In this document: piece by piece, positions 1 to 9,699 of the stretch | Layout: the number at the start of each line of letters is the position of its first letter | Position numbering within the stretch: the stretch's first letter is position 1 | DNA from: a virus | Reading direction: 5' to 3' (one strand) | Virus record (IMG/VR): IMGVR_UViG_3300009159_008968 | Span: 71,410-135,409 of that record | DNA length: 64,000 nt | Program-made: the position numbers and the translations under genes | Notes under the pieces: generated by a model | Told to the model about the DNA's origin: nothing | What the model saw: the letters and a program-made list of their open reading frames with translations, nothing else | Database searches by the model: none

Positions 1-133
1 TAACAAACTTACCAATTTCTTGTAAGATTTTTCTAGCTCTACGTCCGGCAACTTTTTTTCCTTTGTCTTCAAACGAAGTCATCTCGGTAACAAATTGCTC
101 TACAAGCTGCTGTAATTGTTCTCTTGAATTCAT
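1..133 (-). CDS. Small basic helical protein, Bacteroidota 'histone H1-like' type (partial, runs off the window start)
   Basis: Not in ORF track. Manual translation from ATG at 133: MNSREQLQQLVEQFVTEMTSFEDKGKKVAGRRARKILQEIGKFV..., which carries the KG-x-K-x-AG-x-R-x-RK-x-LQ motif of that family. Confidence 0.55.
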   Translation of the reverse strand, partial: MNSREQLQQLVEQFVTEMTSFEDKGKKVAGRRARKILQEIGKFV

Positions 134-159
134 GTTTTTAAATTTTATGTTTATACAAA

Positions 160-534
160 TTAAATACTTTTTATTAATAATTCCAAATTTTTTTCAGCTT
201 TTTCAACTAAATTAGTTCTTATTTCAAACTCAATATCATCATTTTTCTGAAGAAATTTTTGACTTAACTCTAAAAACTCGTTATCACTTATGTCAAAAGA
301 AGAAAATTCTATATAACTTCCAACGATAATACTAATCTTTGGCTTATCTCCTTGTAATTTAAAAATTTGTATAACACAAAGAATTGGCTCTTCTAAAAAC
401 GATGGCAATTGAACGCTATAAGAGCTAATTAATGGGGTTTCTGACACTTCATGTGCCACATCAGGAGTCATGTTTTTAATTGATAAATCCCATACTTTGA
501 TCAAAGTATCTTTATTAAATTCAGTTCTATTCAT
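160..534 (-). CDS. Hypothetical protein
   Basis: 124-aa ORF co-oriented with its neighbours; no motif recognised. Confidence 0.6.
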   Translation of the reverse strand: MNRTEFNKDTLIKVWDLSIKNMTPDVAHEVSETPLISSYSVQLPSFLEEPILCVIQIFKLQGDKPKISIIVGSYIEFSSFDISDNEFLELSQKFLQKNDDIEFEIRTNLVEKAEKNLELLIKSI

Positions 535-582
535 TTTAAATATTTTTTATAAAAATAACATTTTTATTCTAAAAACAAATAA

Positions 583-1536
583 TTAACCACGCTTTGCTTT
601 ATCAGCAGCAGATTGTTCTGCTTGATTACGTTTTTCAATTTCTTCTGATATTCTTTGTAAAGACCAACGTCTTTCAACTGTAGACATATTATAAATATCT
701 GACCTATTAACTCCTTTACCATAATACCAAATAAGGAATATTTCTTCCCATAAATTTGATTTATATGATGGATCTAAAGAGAATATTGAATTATCTATAT
801 ACACAAAACTAGTATACTCATGACTACAGTTTTGACATACAATTTTTATATTACTATCAATACCGGGCTCTACCAATTCCATATACTCTCTCAAATCAGT
901 TGAATCTTTAATAGGGAATTTTTTAATAACTTTTTTTATATAATCTTTATCAGTAATTCCATTTATTGAATGAATTTGTTTTTGAAATTTTAAAGTAACA
1001 TTAGAATTGTAAGTTTTATTAGATTTTTTTTCTTCCTCTATTGCTAAGTTTATTTCTTTTTCATGTTTAAGTCTCATTGGTTCAAATTTCACATAAACTT
1101 TTTCTCCATTTAATTTCATTTTTGGCATTGTGAAATTAAAAAATCCATTTTCATCTGGTTTTTCTTCCACTTCTTTAACAGGTAAACTAGAAAGTTCAAA
1201 TTTAGTTTCTCCTGTAGTACTACAATTAGGACAATGTGTTGCTATAGGAAAATTATCTCCATATGATGTAGATCTTAAATAGACCAACATTGATTGTTTA
1301 TCTCCAACCAACAATTCATCAAGAGGAAAATCTTTGTTAATAATAACTGATTCCATAACAAGTTCTAACCCATAACCATTTTCCATTAAGGAAGGTTGAG
1401 TTAGAATGTTCTCTTCTCTTGCTGTAATATATTTTACATAAAGAGTTGCTGTTCCTGAAGAATAAAAATGTCCCATACTCGGCAGTGTTAATGCGTCAAA
1501 TGGGACATCTATATTTTTAAAATAATCTATATTCAC
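583..1536 (-). CDS. T4 gp26-like baseplate hub assembly protein, paralog 1
   Basis: LPSMGHFY start, ITAREENILT, LLVGDK..LVYLR..SYG, CPNC and CQNC Zn motifs typical of gp26-like proteins. Confidence 0.7.
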   Translation of the reverse strand: MNIDYFKNIDVPFDALTLPSMGHFYSSGTATLYVKYITAREENILTQPSLMENGYGLELVMESVIINKDFPLDELLVGDKQSMLVYLRSTSYGDNFPIATHCPNCSTTGETKFELSSLPVKEVEEKPDENGFFNFTMPKMKLNGEKVYVKFEPMRLKHEKEINLAIEEEKKSNKTYNSNVTLKFQKQIHSINGITDKDYIKKVIKKFPIKDSTDLREYMELVEPGIDSNIKIVCQNCSHEYTSFVYIDNSIFSLDPSYKSNLWEEIFLIWYYGKGVNRSDIYNMSTVERRWSLQRISEEIEKRNQAEQSAADKAKRG

Positions 1537-1547
1537 ATACTATAAAA

Positions 1548-2426
1548 TTATATTTTTGCATTAGGCCAGAATAATTTTGGAGTAATAGGAATATCACCAT
1601 CAAAATTATGACTGCAATTAGTACAAGTATAATTTGTTTCTAATAATAAGCCCGGCTCAACTTCTGCTACATATTCACGTAAATACAAACTATCAAGAGC
1701 TGGCATATTAGAAATAGCTTTTTTAATTTGTAATTTGTCTCTATTACCATTTACTTCCATAATTTGTAATAAAAATCTTTCAGTTAAAAGATTAGAATAA
1801 ACTACACCTTTTTTACCTTTTTTGTTTTTTCCAGTTAATTGAGCAAGATAATTTTCATCTTTTCCATTTAATAACCTGAATTTAACTTTCCATTTTGTTT
1901 TAGGAAGCTCCATTAAAAATTCTCCATTAGAATCAGGTGTTGTTTCAAGAAGCTTAGGTTCAATATTAGAAATTTTGACAATTGTTGTGAAATCTTCACT
2001 ACAAGAAGGGCAACCAATCTTTACTTCATAATCATCACCATAACCTTCTTTTCTCAAATACATCAAAACTGCATTTCTATCTCCAACAAGCATATCATCA
2101 GCATTTAGAGAACTATCAATAATTGCATTATCCAAAAGAACGTCTAATACCTTACCATTTCTGATCAAATCCGCTGACGTAAGAATATTTTCATCTTCTG
2201 CTGTAAGATGTTTAATTTTTACAGAACCTTGTTTGTTTTTGTAAAAAACACCTTTTGATGGTAATTGAATTGTGTCTGTAATTACTGGAAATTCATCATC
2301 TACAATCTGATTTAACATATAATCAGGAAGTTCTGCATTATTCATTACAGCTGCAGCAGCTTGTACTTTTTCTTGGTCTACCGGTTTTTTGGCACCTAGA
2401 TTTACGACATTATCTTGTTCGCTCAT
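1548..2426 (-). CDS. T4 gp26-like baseplate hub assembly protein, paralog 2
   Basis: LPSKGVFY, LTAEDENILT, MLVGDRNAVLMYLR..GYG, CPSC and CTNC; clear paralog of 583..1536. Confidence 0.7.
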   Translation of the reverse strand: MSEQDNVVNLGAKKPVDQEKVQAAAAVMNNAELPDYMLNQIVDDEFPVITDTIQLPSKGVFYKNKQGSVKIKHLTAEDENILTSADLIRNGKVLDVLLDNAIIDSSLNADDMLVGDRNAVLMYLRKEGYGDDYEVKIGCPSCSEDFTTIVKISNIEPKLLETTPDSNGEFLMELPKTKWKVKFRLLNGKDENYLAQLTGKNKKGKKGVVYSNLLTERFLLQIMEVNGNRDKLQIKKAISNMPALDSLYLREYVAEVEPGLLLETNYTCTNCSHNFDGDIPITPKLFWPNAKI

Positions 2427-2512
2427 AATTTTTTTTATTATTTTTTAAGTATAACTATATTTCAAAAAAAATATAGCATTAAATTAAAAAAAAAAGCGAT
2501 TAATGTGAACTA

Positions 2513-2956
2513 TTAATTTATTTTTTTTAAAAGTTCTGACTTAATAAAATCAGGATTATCATAAATATCATGTTCCCAAAATCTTATAATATCATAACCT
2601 AAACCTTTGGCTAAGATATCTTTATCCCTATCATTTCTTTGAGATTTTTTTTGAACTTCGTTTAATTCCGAATACTCTTTTCCGTATCCGTGCCAATAGT
2701 CACCATCAACTTCGATCAAAAGATTAATTTTTGGAATATAATAATCGAAAATCTTGTCCTTAACTATTTTTTGTGAAAAGTGATATATGTTTAATTCATC
2801 TAAAATTAAACCCAACTGAACTTCAGGTCCGGTTGGGTTTAAATGCATTTTTTTTGCCTGACGCTCTATATAGTTTTTTTTCTGAGTAGGTGTTTTAGGT
2901 ATTTTAAGCTTCTTTTTCTCTTGCTTCAATAACCAGTTGATCTTGGATTTTGACAT
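2513..2956 (-). CDS. DUF559/Vsr-like endonuclease
   Basis: FDYYIPKINLLIEVDGDYWHG and RD..KD..A...GY.IIRFWEHDI motifs. Confidence 0.75.
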   Translation of the reverse strand: MSKSKINWLLKQEKKKLKIPKTPTQKKNYIERQAKKMHLNPTGPEVQLGLILDELNIYHFSQKIVKDKIFDYYIPKINLLIEVDGDYWHGYGKEYSELNEVQKKSQRNDRDKDILAKGLGYDIIRFWEHDIYDNPDFIKSELLKKIN

Positions 2957-4031
2957 ATTCTAATAAATAGAAATGTTTTCTTATTTCTATCAATAAATCA
3001 TTAACAAAATTCATATCAACATTATCTGGAAGATTAGATTCAATATAAAGTTTATCAATTTCTTTTATTTCATCTTCTGCATGTTGAATCAGATCCTCTA
3101 AATTTACTTTGCCTTGCCTGATTGAAATTAAAAACTCGGCATTTGGTCTACGAACATTAATTCCTTGCCCCAAAGCAATCTCTTTTGCCATATCCAATAA
3201 CCTACGAGTATGCATCATATTTTTACCATCAATAGATTGTTGGTGATTTTCAATCTCAACATAACGCTGAGTATTTCTGTTCTTTAACCACTCTTCGTAT
3301 TCTTTGTATTTACGACAATGCATAGAATATCCGTCTTCGTTGTAATAGAATATGCAAGTATGCTGCATATCTTTTGGAATATTACTTAATCGAATTTTAT
3401 TTGAATTTTCAACAACAATTCCTCTGAAACCAATACTAGATTCTAAATTACTATCAAAAAAAAGAGCATACATATCCCTAGCATGAGGAATTTTTGAAAT
3501 ACCACAAAATTTTTGATCAATTCCATTTTGTTTTAGAAAATCAATTAATGGAATAGTTTTTTGCCCTTCTACAACATAACAAAAATCAAGTGGTCCTTTG
3601 CGAGTTACTTGTGATTGCTCCCAATTCATTTTTTTATTTAAACCCTGAGCTTTTGATATTTGTTGACGAGCATAACCTCCAAAGCTATTACGACAATTTT
3701 TAGTAATAAATTTTTCTTTATTTTCTAAAATCATGTCCATAACAGGATGTTTATAAACAATACAATCTTCAGAAATATTCAATAATTCTAAAACGGTTGG
3801 ATTGTTTGATGCTAGAAGTTCTAAAAATCTTCTTATTTCATAATAAACAATATCATTTTTTGAATCATTAACTTGATCACGATAACCAAATCCAAGAATA
3901 TCATCTAAAGATTGTAAATAAATTCCTGAATAATCAGTATCGGAGCTTGGTAAGTTTGTCCCATAAGCATGGGAACCTCTGATTACTTTATAAATTAAAA
4001 TCCCCTGTTTTTCAACTTCTTGTACTGTCAT
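2904..4031 (-). CDS. RlaP/Pol-beta-superfamily nucleotidyltransferase
   Basis: GSHAYGTNLPSSDTDYSG (GS...DxD), NNPTVLELL and C-terminal KNMMH..RLL motifs. Confidence 0.75.
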   Translation of the reverse strand: MTVQEVEKQGILIYKVIRGSHAYGTNLPSSDTDYSGIYLQSLDDILGFGYRDQVNDSKNDIVYYEIRRFLELLASNNPTVLELLNISEDCIVYKHPVMDMILENKEKFITKNCRNSFGGYARQQISKAQGLNKKMNWEQSQVTRKGPLDFCYVVEGQKTIPLIDFLKQNGIDQKFCGISKIPHARDMYALFFDSNLESSIGFRGIVVENSNKIRLSNIPKDMQHTCIFYYNEDGYSMHCRKYKEYEEWLKNRNTQRYVEIENHQQSIDGKNMMHTRRLLDMAKEIALGQGINVRRPNAEFLISIRQGKVNLEDLIQHAEDEIKEIDKLYIESNLPDNVDMNFVNDLLIEIRKHFYLLEYVKIQDQLVIEAREKEA

Positions 4032-4049
4032 TTTAAAATTTATTTATTT

Positions 4050-4081
4050 AATTTAAACGAATTTTTTTTGTTAAAGTTACA
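4050..4081 (-). promoter_or_regulatory. Bipartite putative early/middle promoter TGTAACT-N15-CGTTTAAATT
   Basis: Same two boxes with identical 15-nt spacing at 25365..25396 and 29539..29570, each just upstream of a minus-strand start codon. Confidence 0.6.
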
Positions 4082-4110
4082 AAAAAACCCACTCTTTTTT
4101 AAGGAGTGGG
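4082..4110 (-). terminator. Intrinsic terminator after 4155..5036
   Basis: Minus strand reads CCCACTC-loop-GAGTGGG followed by a T7 run. Confidence 0.65.
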
Positions 4111-4154
4111 TCTAACAACTAAAAACTAACTAAAACTATGAACAATAAAAATCT

Positions 4155-5036
4155 TTATTTTTTTGTATGTCTTTCACTAGCATGATATGGAAGGTGTTTT
4201 ACACGATCTCTAGGCTGCAAATTAATTGCACTAAAAGCTAAATTTTCTTCTTCTAAATTCTCATCTTTTGAACCAATTATTGCTTTTTGTAAATGATCTG
4301 GCAATTTGGATTGTTTTCCTTTTAATTTAGGATCATTATCATATTTATTAGTAAATTCATTTTCTTCTTCTAAACTTTCGTCTGCTGAACCTTTTTTATT
4401 GATAATTGCTTTCTGTAAATGATCTGGTAATTTAGACTGCTTTCCTTTTAATTTAGGATCATTATCATATTTATCAGTGAATTCGATTTCCTCTTCTAAT
4501 TCTTCATCTAGAGTTTTAGAAACTGGGCTATGATAAGGAAGATTTTCTTTGTTACGACCCGGAGTTCTAGTTTTGTCTGGGAAAGCTAACATTTTTTCAT
4601 CCATTTCTTGTTGTAAATTTTCACAACATTCATCGCACCATCCTTTTGCCTCATCTTCTGAATCAAAATATTCATTATCATGTACATCATCATTTTTCAA
4701 AATAATAGCAAGCCATTTATTTGAAGCGTTGATTCCATCTCTTGGAGATATGATTTTGCTATCAAAATTACCAACAGACATAGGCTCAACACGATCAAAT
4801 TCCATTTCCTCTTCCATATCTTCTGCTAATTCTTTTGCTTGAGCAGTAGCTATAGCATACGTTTTTGGAGTTTTGCCATATTTTGGTTTAAGAGCTTTGA
4901 CTAATTCTTCTTTCTTTTTTTCTTCAGCAGGAGTCAAAGGCCTTTCTTGAATATACCCATCTCCGGGCATTTCCATGATGTTTTTTACTGCTTCACGAAC
5001 AATTTGTCTTAAATTATTTTTAATATTCTCTGCCAT
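4155..5036 (-). CDS. Acidic putative head (internal) protein with a duplicated module
   Basis: N-terminal LRQIVREAV helix; FTxKYDNDPKLKGKQSKLPDHLQKAII occurs twice (126-nt period); Glu-rich linkers; TATTTAT upstream at 5055..5061. Confidence 0.6.
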   Translation of the reverse strand: MAENIKNNLRQIVREAVKNIMEMPGDGYIQERPLTPAEEKKKEELVKALKPKYGKTPKTYAIATAQAKELAEDMEEEMEFDRVEPMSVGNFDSKIISPRDGINASNKWLAIILKNDDVHDNEYFDSEDEAKGWCDECCENLQQEMDEKMLAFPDKTRTPGRNKENLPYHSPVSKTLDEELEEEIEFTDKYDNDPKLKGKQSKLPDHLQKAIINKKGSADESLEEENEFTNKYDNDPKLKGKQSKLPDHLQKAIIGSKDENLEEENLAFSAINLQPRDRVKHLPYHASERHTKK

Positions 5037-5071
5037 TTTTTTATTACTATAATAATAAATAGAGAAAAAAA

Positions 5072-5398
5072 TTAATCAATGACGTTTAGGTTTTTGATCC
5101 CTTCTTTTTTAAAAGTTTTTTGAGAAATGTGCTTTGGATTTAATCCTTTTGATTCTACATACTCTTGCAAAGTCATAAAAATATCGGAATAGTATTCTTC
5201 AATAGTTTTTTCATAAGCCAAAATTTGCTCATCGGTTAAACTTTCCTTTATTACTTCAATTCCTGATATGTATTTAACTTCATTTTTTTCAAAATCTTTA
5301 TAATTATTATAACTTTCTTTTAAAAAAGAAGGGTTTAGAATTTGACGTTCAGTTTTGGAACCGTCTTCTTTTATGTACTGAAATTTAGCTTTCTTCAT
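5072..5398 (-). CDS. Hypothetical protein (possible WYL/Sm-like start, FQYIKEDGSKTER)
   Basis: 108-aa ORF; family assignment is weak. Confidence 0.5.
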   Translation of the reverse strand: MKKAKFQYIKEDGSKTERQILNPSFLKESYNNYKDFEKNEVKYISGIEVIKESLTDEQILAYEKTIEEYYSDIFMTLQEYVESKGLNPKHISQKTFKKEGIKNLNVID

Positions 5399-5486
5399 TT
5401 TTTTATAGTTTATAGAGCTGAAATTAAAAAAATTTTTTAATATTTAATAATAACAAAACAAAAACTTTTATAAAACTTTTAAAAAA

Positions 5487-5990
5487 ATGCTTAAAGACAA
5501 CAATTTGATGTGTGGATATGAATCATTTAAAGATCTTTTTAAGAGTGCTTTTGGAACAGAACATTTACACGCTAATATGATTATGGCCTCTTTAGGTGCA
5601 GTGATTACATTTATTACTTCATACATTTATGATGACCCTCAAGCAATTTTTGTTTTGATGGGTATGATTGCTTTTGATTCTATTACCGGGATAATGAAAG
5701 CATTTAAAAACGGAACATTTTCATCAGCTAAACTTCCAAGAATATTAGTAATAATGTTGGTTTATACAGGGTTATTATCTCTAGGTTGGAACTTAGCTAA
5801 AGTTGATGAATTATTTAGTTGGGTTCCCGGAACATTATATTTTGGATTTATAACCACATTGGTAATCTCAATAATTGAAAATTTATATCAATTAAATATA
5901 ATTTCTGATAACATGTATAAATTCATGAAGAAAAAAATGGCATTGGTTCAGGAATTCTTTTTCGGCAAAAACCTAAAAAATAATCCTTAA
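5487..5990 (+). CDS. Holin (phage holin family 4-like)
   Basis: Three to four hydrophobic segments, FDSITGIMKA...FSSAKL motif, SIIENL and a basic C-terminus. Confidence 0.7.
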   Translation: MLKDNNLMCGYESFKDLFKSAFGTEHLHANMIMASLGAVITFITSYIYDDPQAIFVLMGMIAFDSITGIMKAFKNGTFSSAKLPRILVIMLVYTGLLSLGWNLAKVDELFSWVPGTLYFGFITTLVISIIENLYQLNIISDNMYKFMKKKMALVQEFFFGKNLKNNP

Positions 5991-8623
5991 ACAATAACTT
6001 TTCTAAAAGGTGCTGATAAATTAAAATTTAAGAAACCTTTTTTATTTTTGAAGAATTTTGTAACATAAAAACAGTTTGCCTCCAGCATAACTCTTAGTTT
6101 TTCATACATATCGTTATTCATAGTTACTTTTTTTAATGCAGATCCATCTGATATTGTTATTATATAATAATTTGATCCGTCCCAAGTAGCAATTTTTTTC
6201 TCCATATGAGTAATCATAAAATAATAAAATTTATTAATATCCTCAAAATTAAGAGCAGAATCAATATTCAATCCAGTTGCTTTCATAAATTGTTCTTTAA
6301 CACTAGCAATCTTATTAAGCAAATTCAGATCCAACGAACAAACCTCCAAAAATTCGGCATACCTTTGTTCATCTGTAGTTTTCTGTAAATTTTTATCTAT
6401 TTTTCTTTCTGCAACAGTTAAAACAGTATCAACCTCACCACTGAATAAATCAATTTGATTCGTCTGTTTATATTTTATTTGCTTTATCTCTTTTAATTCT
6501 TCACGGGATTTTGACCAATCATCAAACAATCCTGCTTTCAAACAAGATTCAAAATTAGTTTTATTGAATTTGGACCATTTAGTAGAAAAGAATTCCTCTT
6601 TATCCATTAGTTCAACTTTGTTATTTTTTAATTCCTTAAATGCTATTTCTCCCATTCCATTTATAGATGAATAACCCATGGCAATTATCTTATCATCAAT
6701 AATTGTCCAATCCCAATTAGATTTTCTATTGGGTGGAACAATCTTAATTCCCTTTGACATTGTGGAAATAATTGCGGAATTTAACCACGCTTTGTTTTTT
6801 TCTAAATCATTTCCAGATTTAGGGTGATTTAGAAGAGCACAATAAAATTCAGTAGGATAATAGTGTTTCAAATACAAAGTTTGAGCTGCAACATATGAAT
6901 AGCTCAAACTGTGACTATTACTTACACATATTTCATTTGCATAAAAATTATGGAATAGACTTTCAATTTCAAGGTCGATAGTTTCTTCAAAAGAAGAAAA
7001 TTCAGCTTTAACGATGTTTTCAAATTCAGAAACTTTGACTTTAAAACCTTTTTCAATAATTTCTGCAAGTTTTAACATGCCGTTTTCAGTAAGTAATTTA
7101 TGATCAAGCGTACATTTTAAGCTTGCCCCAGACTCAGTTTCTAATTTCCAAATTTCTTTTTTTCCATTATAATATACTTCTAAAACTTGATTATATTCAT
7201 CAGTCTTGTTTATAGGGTTATAACTTTTAATTTGATCTCCTTTCTTTATTTCTGTTATTGGAATTTGACCTTTAATTTTATCAATAACAATAGTATCAAA
7301 TGATAAGCATTTGTTAAATGAATATCCTAAATATTTAATTAACCAAGATTCAATTTTTTCAACATCTTCAACAGATAAACCTTTTGCAATAGCACCATCA
7401 ATAAACTTTCTCCATAATTCCTTATAAGATTTATAATTTTTATTATTTTCCTCATCTTCAGTCAACTCTTTTCCCTCTAATTTTTTGGATATTATTTTTC
7501 CGGCACCATCCATTGCTTTACGTAAATTATCACCTTCTCCTAAACTCATTCCTCCAATTTGGTTTGCAATAAACATTAATTGTTCTTGATAAATTAACAC
7601 ACCATTTGTTTCTTCTAATAGTGGAATTAAAATATCATGAGCATAAGTTCTTTTCTTTGGTTCGAATTTATTTTTAATAAATTCTTCATGAGCTTTAATT
7701 CCCATTGGACCGGGACGATACAATGCATTGGCTGCTACTAATTCATCAAAATTTTCACATTTCATTGCCTTTAACATAGCATTCATTCCCTCAGACTCAA
7801 ACTGAAATATACCTTGATTGAATCCTAATCTTAATTCTTCATAAAGATTTTTATCTTCTAAATTAACATAATCAACTTCTAATTGAACTCTGTCAGCAAA
7901 TTCATCACCATGTCTTTCACGAATATATTTTAAACAATCTTTTATTACGTTTAATGTTTCTAATTTTAAACGATCAAGTTTCAATATTCCAATTGATGAT
8001 AAATCTTTTGCGTTTCCTGATTCTTGGAAGCCAGATACTATTTGACCTTTACAAATATTTACTGGCATACTTTCCCAAATAGGACCCGGAGTTATTACAA
8101 TGCCAGCAGCATGTTTTCCAAGATTTCTTAATTGGCCTTGTAATTTTAAAGTATTATCAATTATCTCCTTATTCTCACCATGTAAAATCCAAGTTCTAAC
8201 TCTTTCAGAACAAAGTGCATTATTTGGCCATTGAATAAACCATTCTTCTAAAGAACAATCCCACTTTGTTGGCATTTCTTTAGTAACAGCAAATACATCA
8301 CTTTCAAAACCTGTATCTTGACCTAATGCTCTAGCAACATCTTTTAAACAACCTTTTTCATTGAAGGTTCCGAATGTGACTACAGGAACAACTCTTTCCC
8401 TACCATATTTTTCATATAAGAAATTTAATGTTGTTTCGTCTGTACCTGCTTCGAAATCAATGTCAATATCTGGATTGCTATTGTGAACTAATACACTATT
8501 AATCAATTGATTACAAGTGATTCCAGCAAAAAATAAGTGATCTTTTTCTAATACTAAATCATAAAAAGTATTATAATCTTTTTTATTAACCTGTTTTATA
8601 CTTTTTATTTTAGAAATTTTCAT
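5987..8623 (-). CDS. dnaE: DNA polymerase III alpha, C-terminal fragment: begins with split-intein C-half and contains an internal mini-intein
   Basis: PDIDIDF, GKHAAGIVI, LKLDRL, GIFQFES, ALYRPGP, GVLIYQEQ, YSFNK/SHS and YYPTEFY motifs of DnaE. Confidence 0.95.
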   Translation of the reverse strand: MKISKIKSIKQVNKKDYNTFYDLVLEKDHLFFAGITCNQLINSVLVHNSNPDIDIDFEAGTDETTLNFLYEKYGRERVVPVVTFGTFNEKGCLKDVARALGQDTGFESDVFAVTKEMPTKWDCSLEEWFIQWPNNALCSERVRTWILHGENKEIIDNTLKLQGQLRNLGKHAAGIVITPGPIWESMPVNICKGQIVSGFQESGNAKDLSSIGILKLDRLKLETLNVIKDCLKYIRERHGDEFADRVQLEVDYVNLEDKNLYEELRLGFNQGIFQFESEGMNAMLKAMKCENFDELVAANALYRPGPMGIKAHEEFIKNKFEPKKRTYAHDILIPLLEETNGVLIYQEQLMFIANQIGGMSLGEGDNLRKAMDGAGKIISKKLEGKELTEDEENNKNYKSYKELWRKFIDGAIAKGLSVEDVEKIESWLIKYLGYSFNKCLSFDTIVIDKIKGQIPITEIKKGDQIKSYNPINKTDEYNQVLEVYYNGKKEIWKLETESGASLKCTLDHKLLTENGMLKLAEIIEKGFKVKVSEFENIVKAEFSSFEETIDLEIESLFHNFYANEICVSNSHSLSYSYVAAQTLYLKHYYPTEFYCALLNHPKSGNDLEKNKAWLNSAIISTMSKGIKIVPPNRKSNWDWTIIDDKIIAMGYSSINGMGEIAFKELKNNKVELMDKEEFFSTKWSKFNKTNFESCLKAGLFDDWSKSREELKEIKQIKYKQTNQIDLFSGEVDTVLTVAERKIDKNLQKTTDEQRYAEFLEVCSLDLNLLNKIASVKEQFMKATGLNIDSALNFEDINKFYYFMITHMEKKIATWDGSNYYIITISDGSALKKVTMNNDMYEKLRVMLEANCFYVTKFFKNKKGFLNFNLSAPFRKVIV
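6917..7309 (-). mobile_element. Contiguous 131-aa mini-intein in DnaE (no endonuclease domain)
   Basis: Interrupts the conserved FNK|SH: starts CLSFDT (Cys codon 7309..7307), has block B CTLDH, ends HNFYANEICVSN followed by Ser. Confidence 0.9.
8480..8623 (-). mobile_element. Split intein C-half (IntC, 48 aa)
   Basis: MKISKIKSIK..YDLVLEKDHLFFA..LVHN followed by S-NPDIDIDF extein. Confidence 0.9.
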
Positions 8624-8634
8624 TTTTTATTTTT

Positions 8635-9699
8635 TTACAAATTTAATAAAATTTGTTTAATATAATTTAACTGCTCTTCTTTGTTTTGTTTCCAATCTTT
8701 TTCCCAAATAGTCAAAATCTGAATGTTGTAATTATTTTTTATTTCACAAATTCTTTTTTTATCGTGTTCCCATATTTGTCCAGCGGTCATATTTTTATAA
8801 GAGTGATTATAATCTCTATTATAAATTTCAGGATTACAATGCCAGTAATCACCATAAAATTCTATTGCAGTATTATATTTTGGAATAAAAATATCTACTG
8901 TGTAAAAGTATTTATTGTCTATAAAAAAATTTTTACACCCCATTTTAATATTATTATTAGAAAAATATTCTTCTTCTAATAATTCAAGTGTTTCAACTAC
9001 TTCATCACAAAAAGAAAATTCAATTTTAGAACAAGCTATATTTCTGTTATATCTATGCACTTTACTCTGCCATTCAATATCATTAAATAAGTTTGTAACA
9101 CCATATTTATCATACATCGCCTTTTCGATTTTTTTATAATGTTCACCCCTTGTTAAAAACCACTTAACTCCATATTTTTTTTCTATTGTATTTGAAATTT
9201 TATTTTTAATACCGGCGTTTTGAATTGGAGATGTAATATTTTCACCAAAATTTTCAGATAATTTCGTAGTATACTTTAATCTATATTCTTTAGTTTTATA
9301 GTATATTTCTTTAAAAATATTCTCTTTTAAATAATAACCTTTACTCCAAATTTTTTTTCCTTTTCTTCCCGGATGTAATTGAATAATCTCTTCTTTGTTA
9401 GTTAAGGGACAATTCTTAACCCAAAAGGAATTTGACAAATTACCAATAGAATCATCATTAAACTTAATAATATTTTTACCAAATTTATTAAAAAATATAT
9501 TTTTTATATTTTTTCTTGATTTATTATGTATGATATTTTCTCCAATAAAGTTATTTAATGATATTTCAAGGTCAGTTTTATATTTCCAAAGTTTCTTTTC
9601 TTCTTCACTTGCTTTTTTTAATCCCCATAATTGGGATAGTTCATTTTCTAAATCATTTAAATTATTAAATTCTTTTTCTATTATACTGTTATTATTCAT
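8635..9699 (-). CDS. Free-standing Vsr-like homing endonuclease between the split dnaE halves
   Basis: KYGV repeats, then VDIFIPKYNTAIEFYGDYWHCNP and LTIWEKDW; own TATTTAT motif at 9717..9723. Confidence 0.85.
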   Translation of the reverse strand: MNNNSIIEKEFNNLNDLENELSQLWGLKKASEEEKKLWKYKTDLEISLNNFIGENIIHNKSRKNIKNIFFNKFGKNIIKFNDDSIGNLSNSFWVKNCPLTNKEEIIQLHPGRKGKKIWSKGYYLKENIFKEIYYKTKEYRLKYTTKLSENFGENITSPIQNAGIKNKISNTIEKKYGVKWFLTRGEHYKKIEKAMYDKYGVTNLFNDIEWQSKVHRYNRNIACSKIEFSFCDEVVETLELLEEEYFSNNNIKMGCKNFFIDNKYFYTVDIFIPKYNTAIEFYGDYWHCNPEIYNRDYNHSYKNMTAGQIWEHDKKRICEIKNNYNIQILTIWEKDWKQNKEEQLNYIKQILLNL

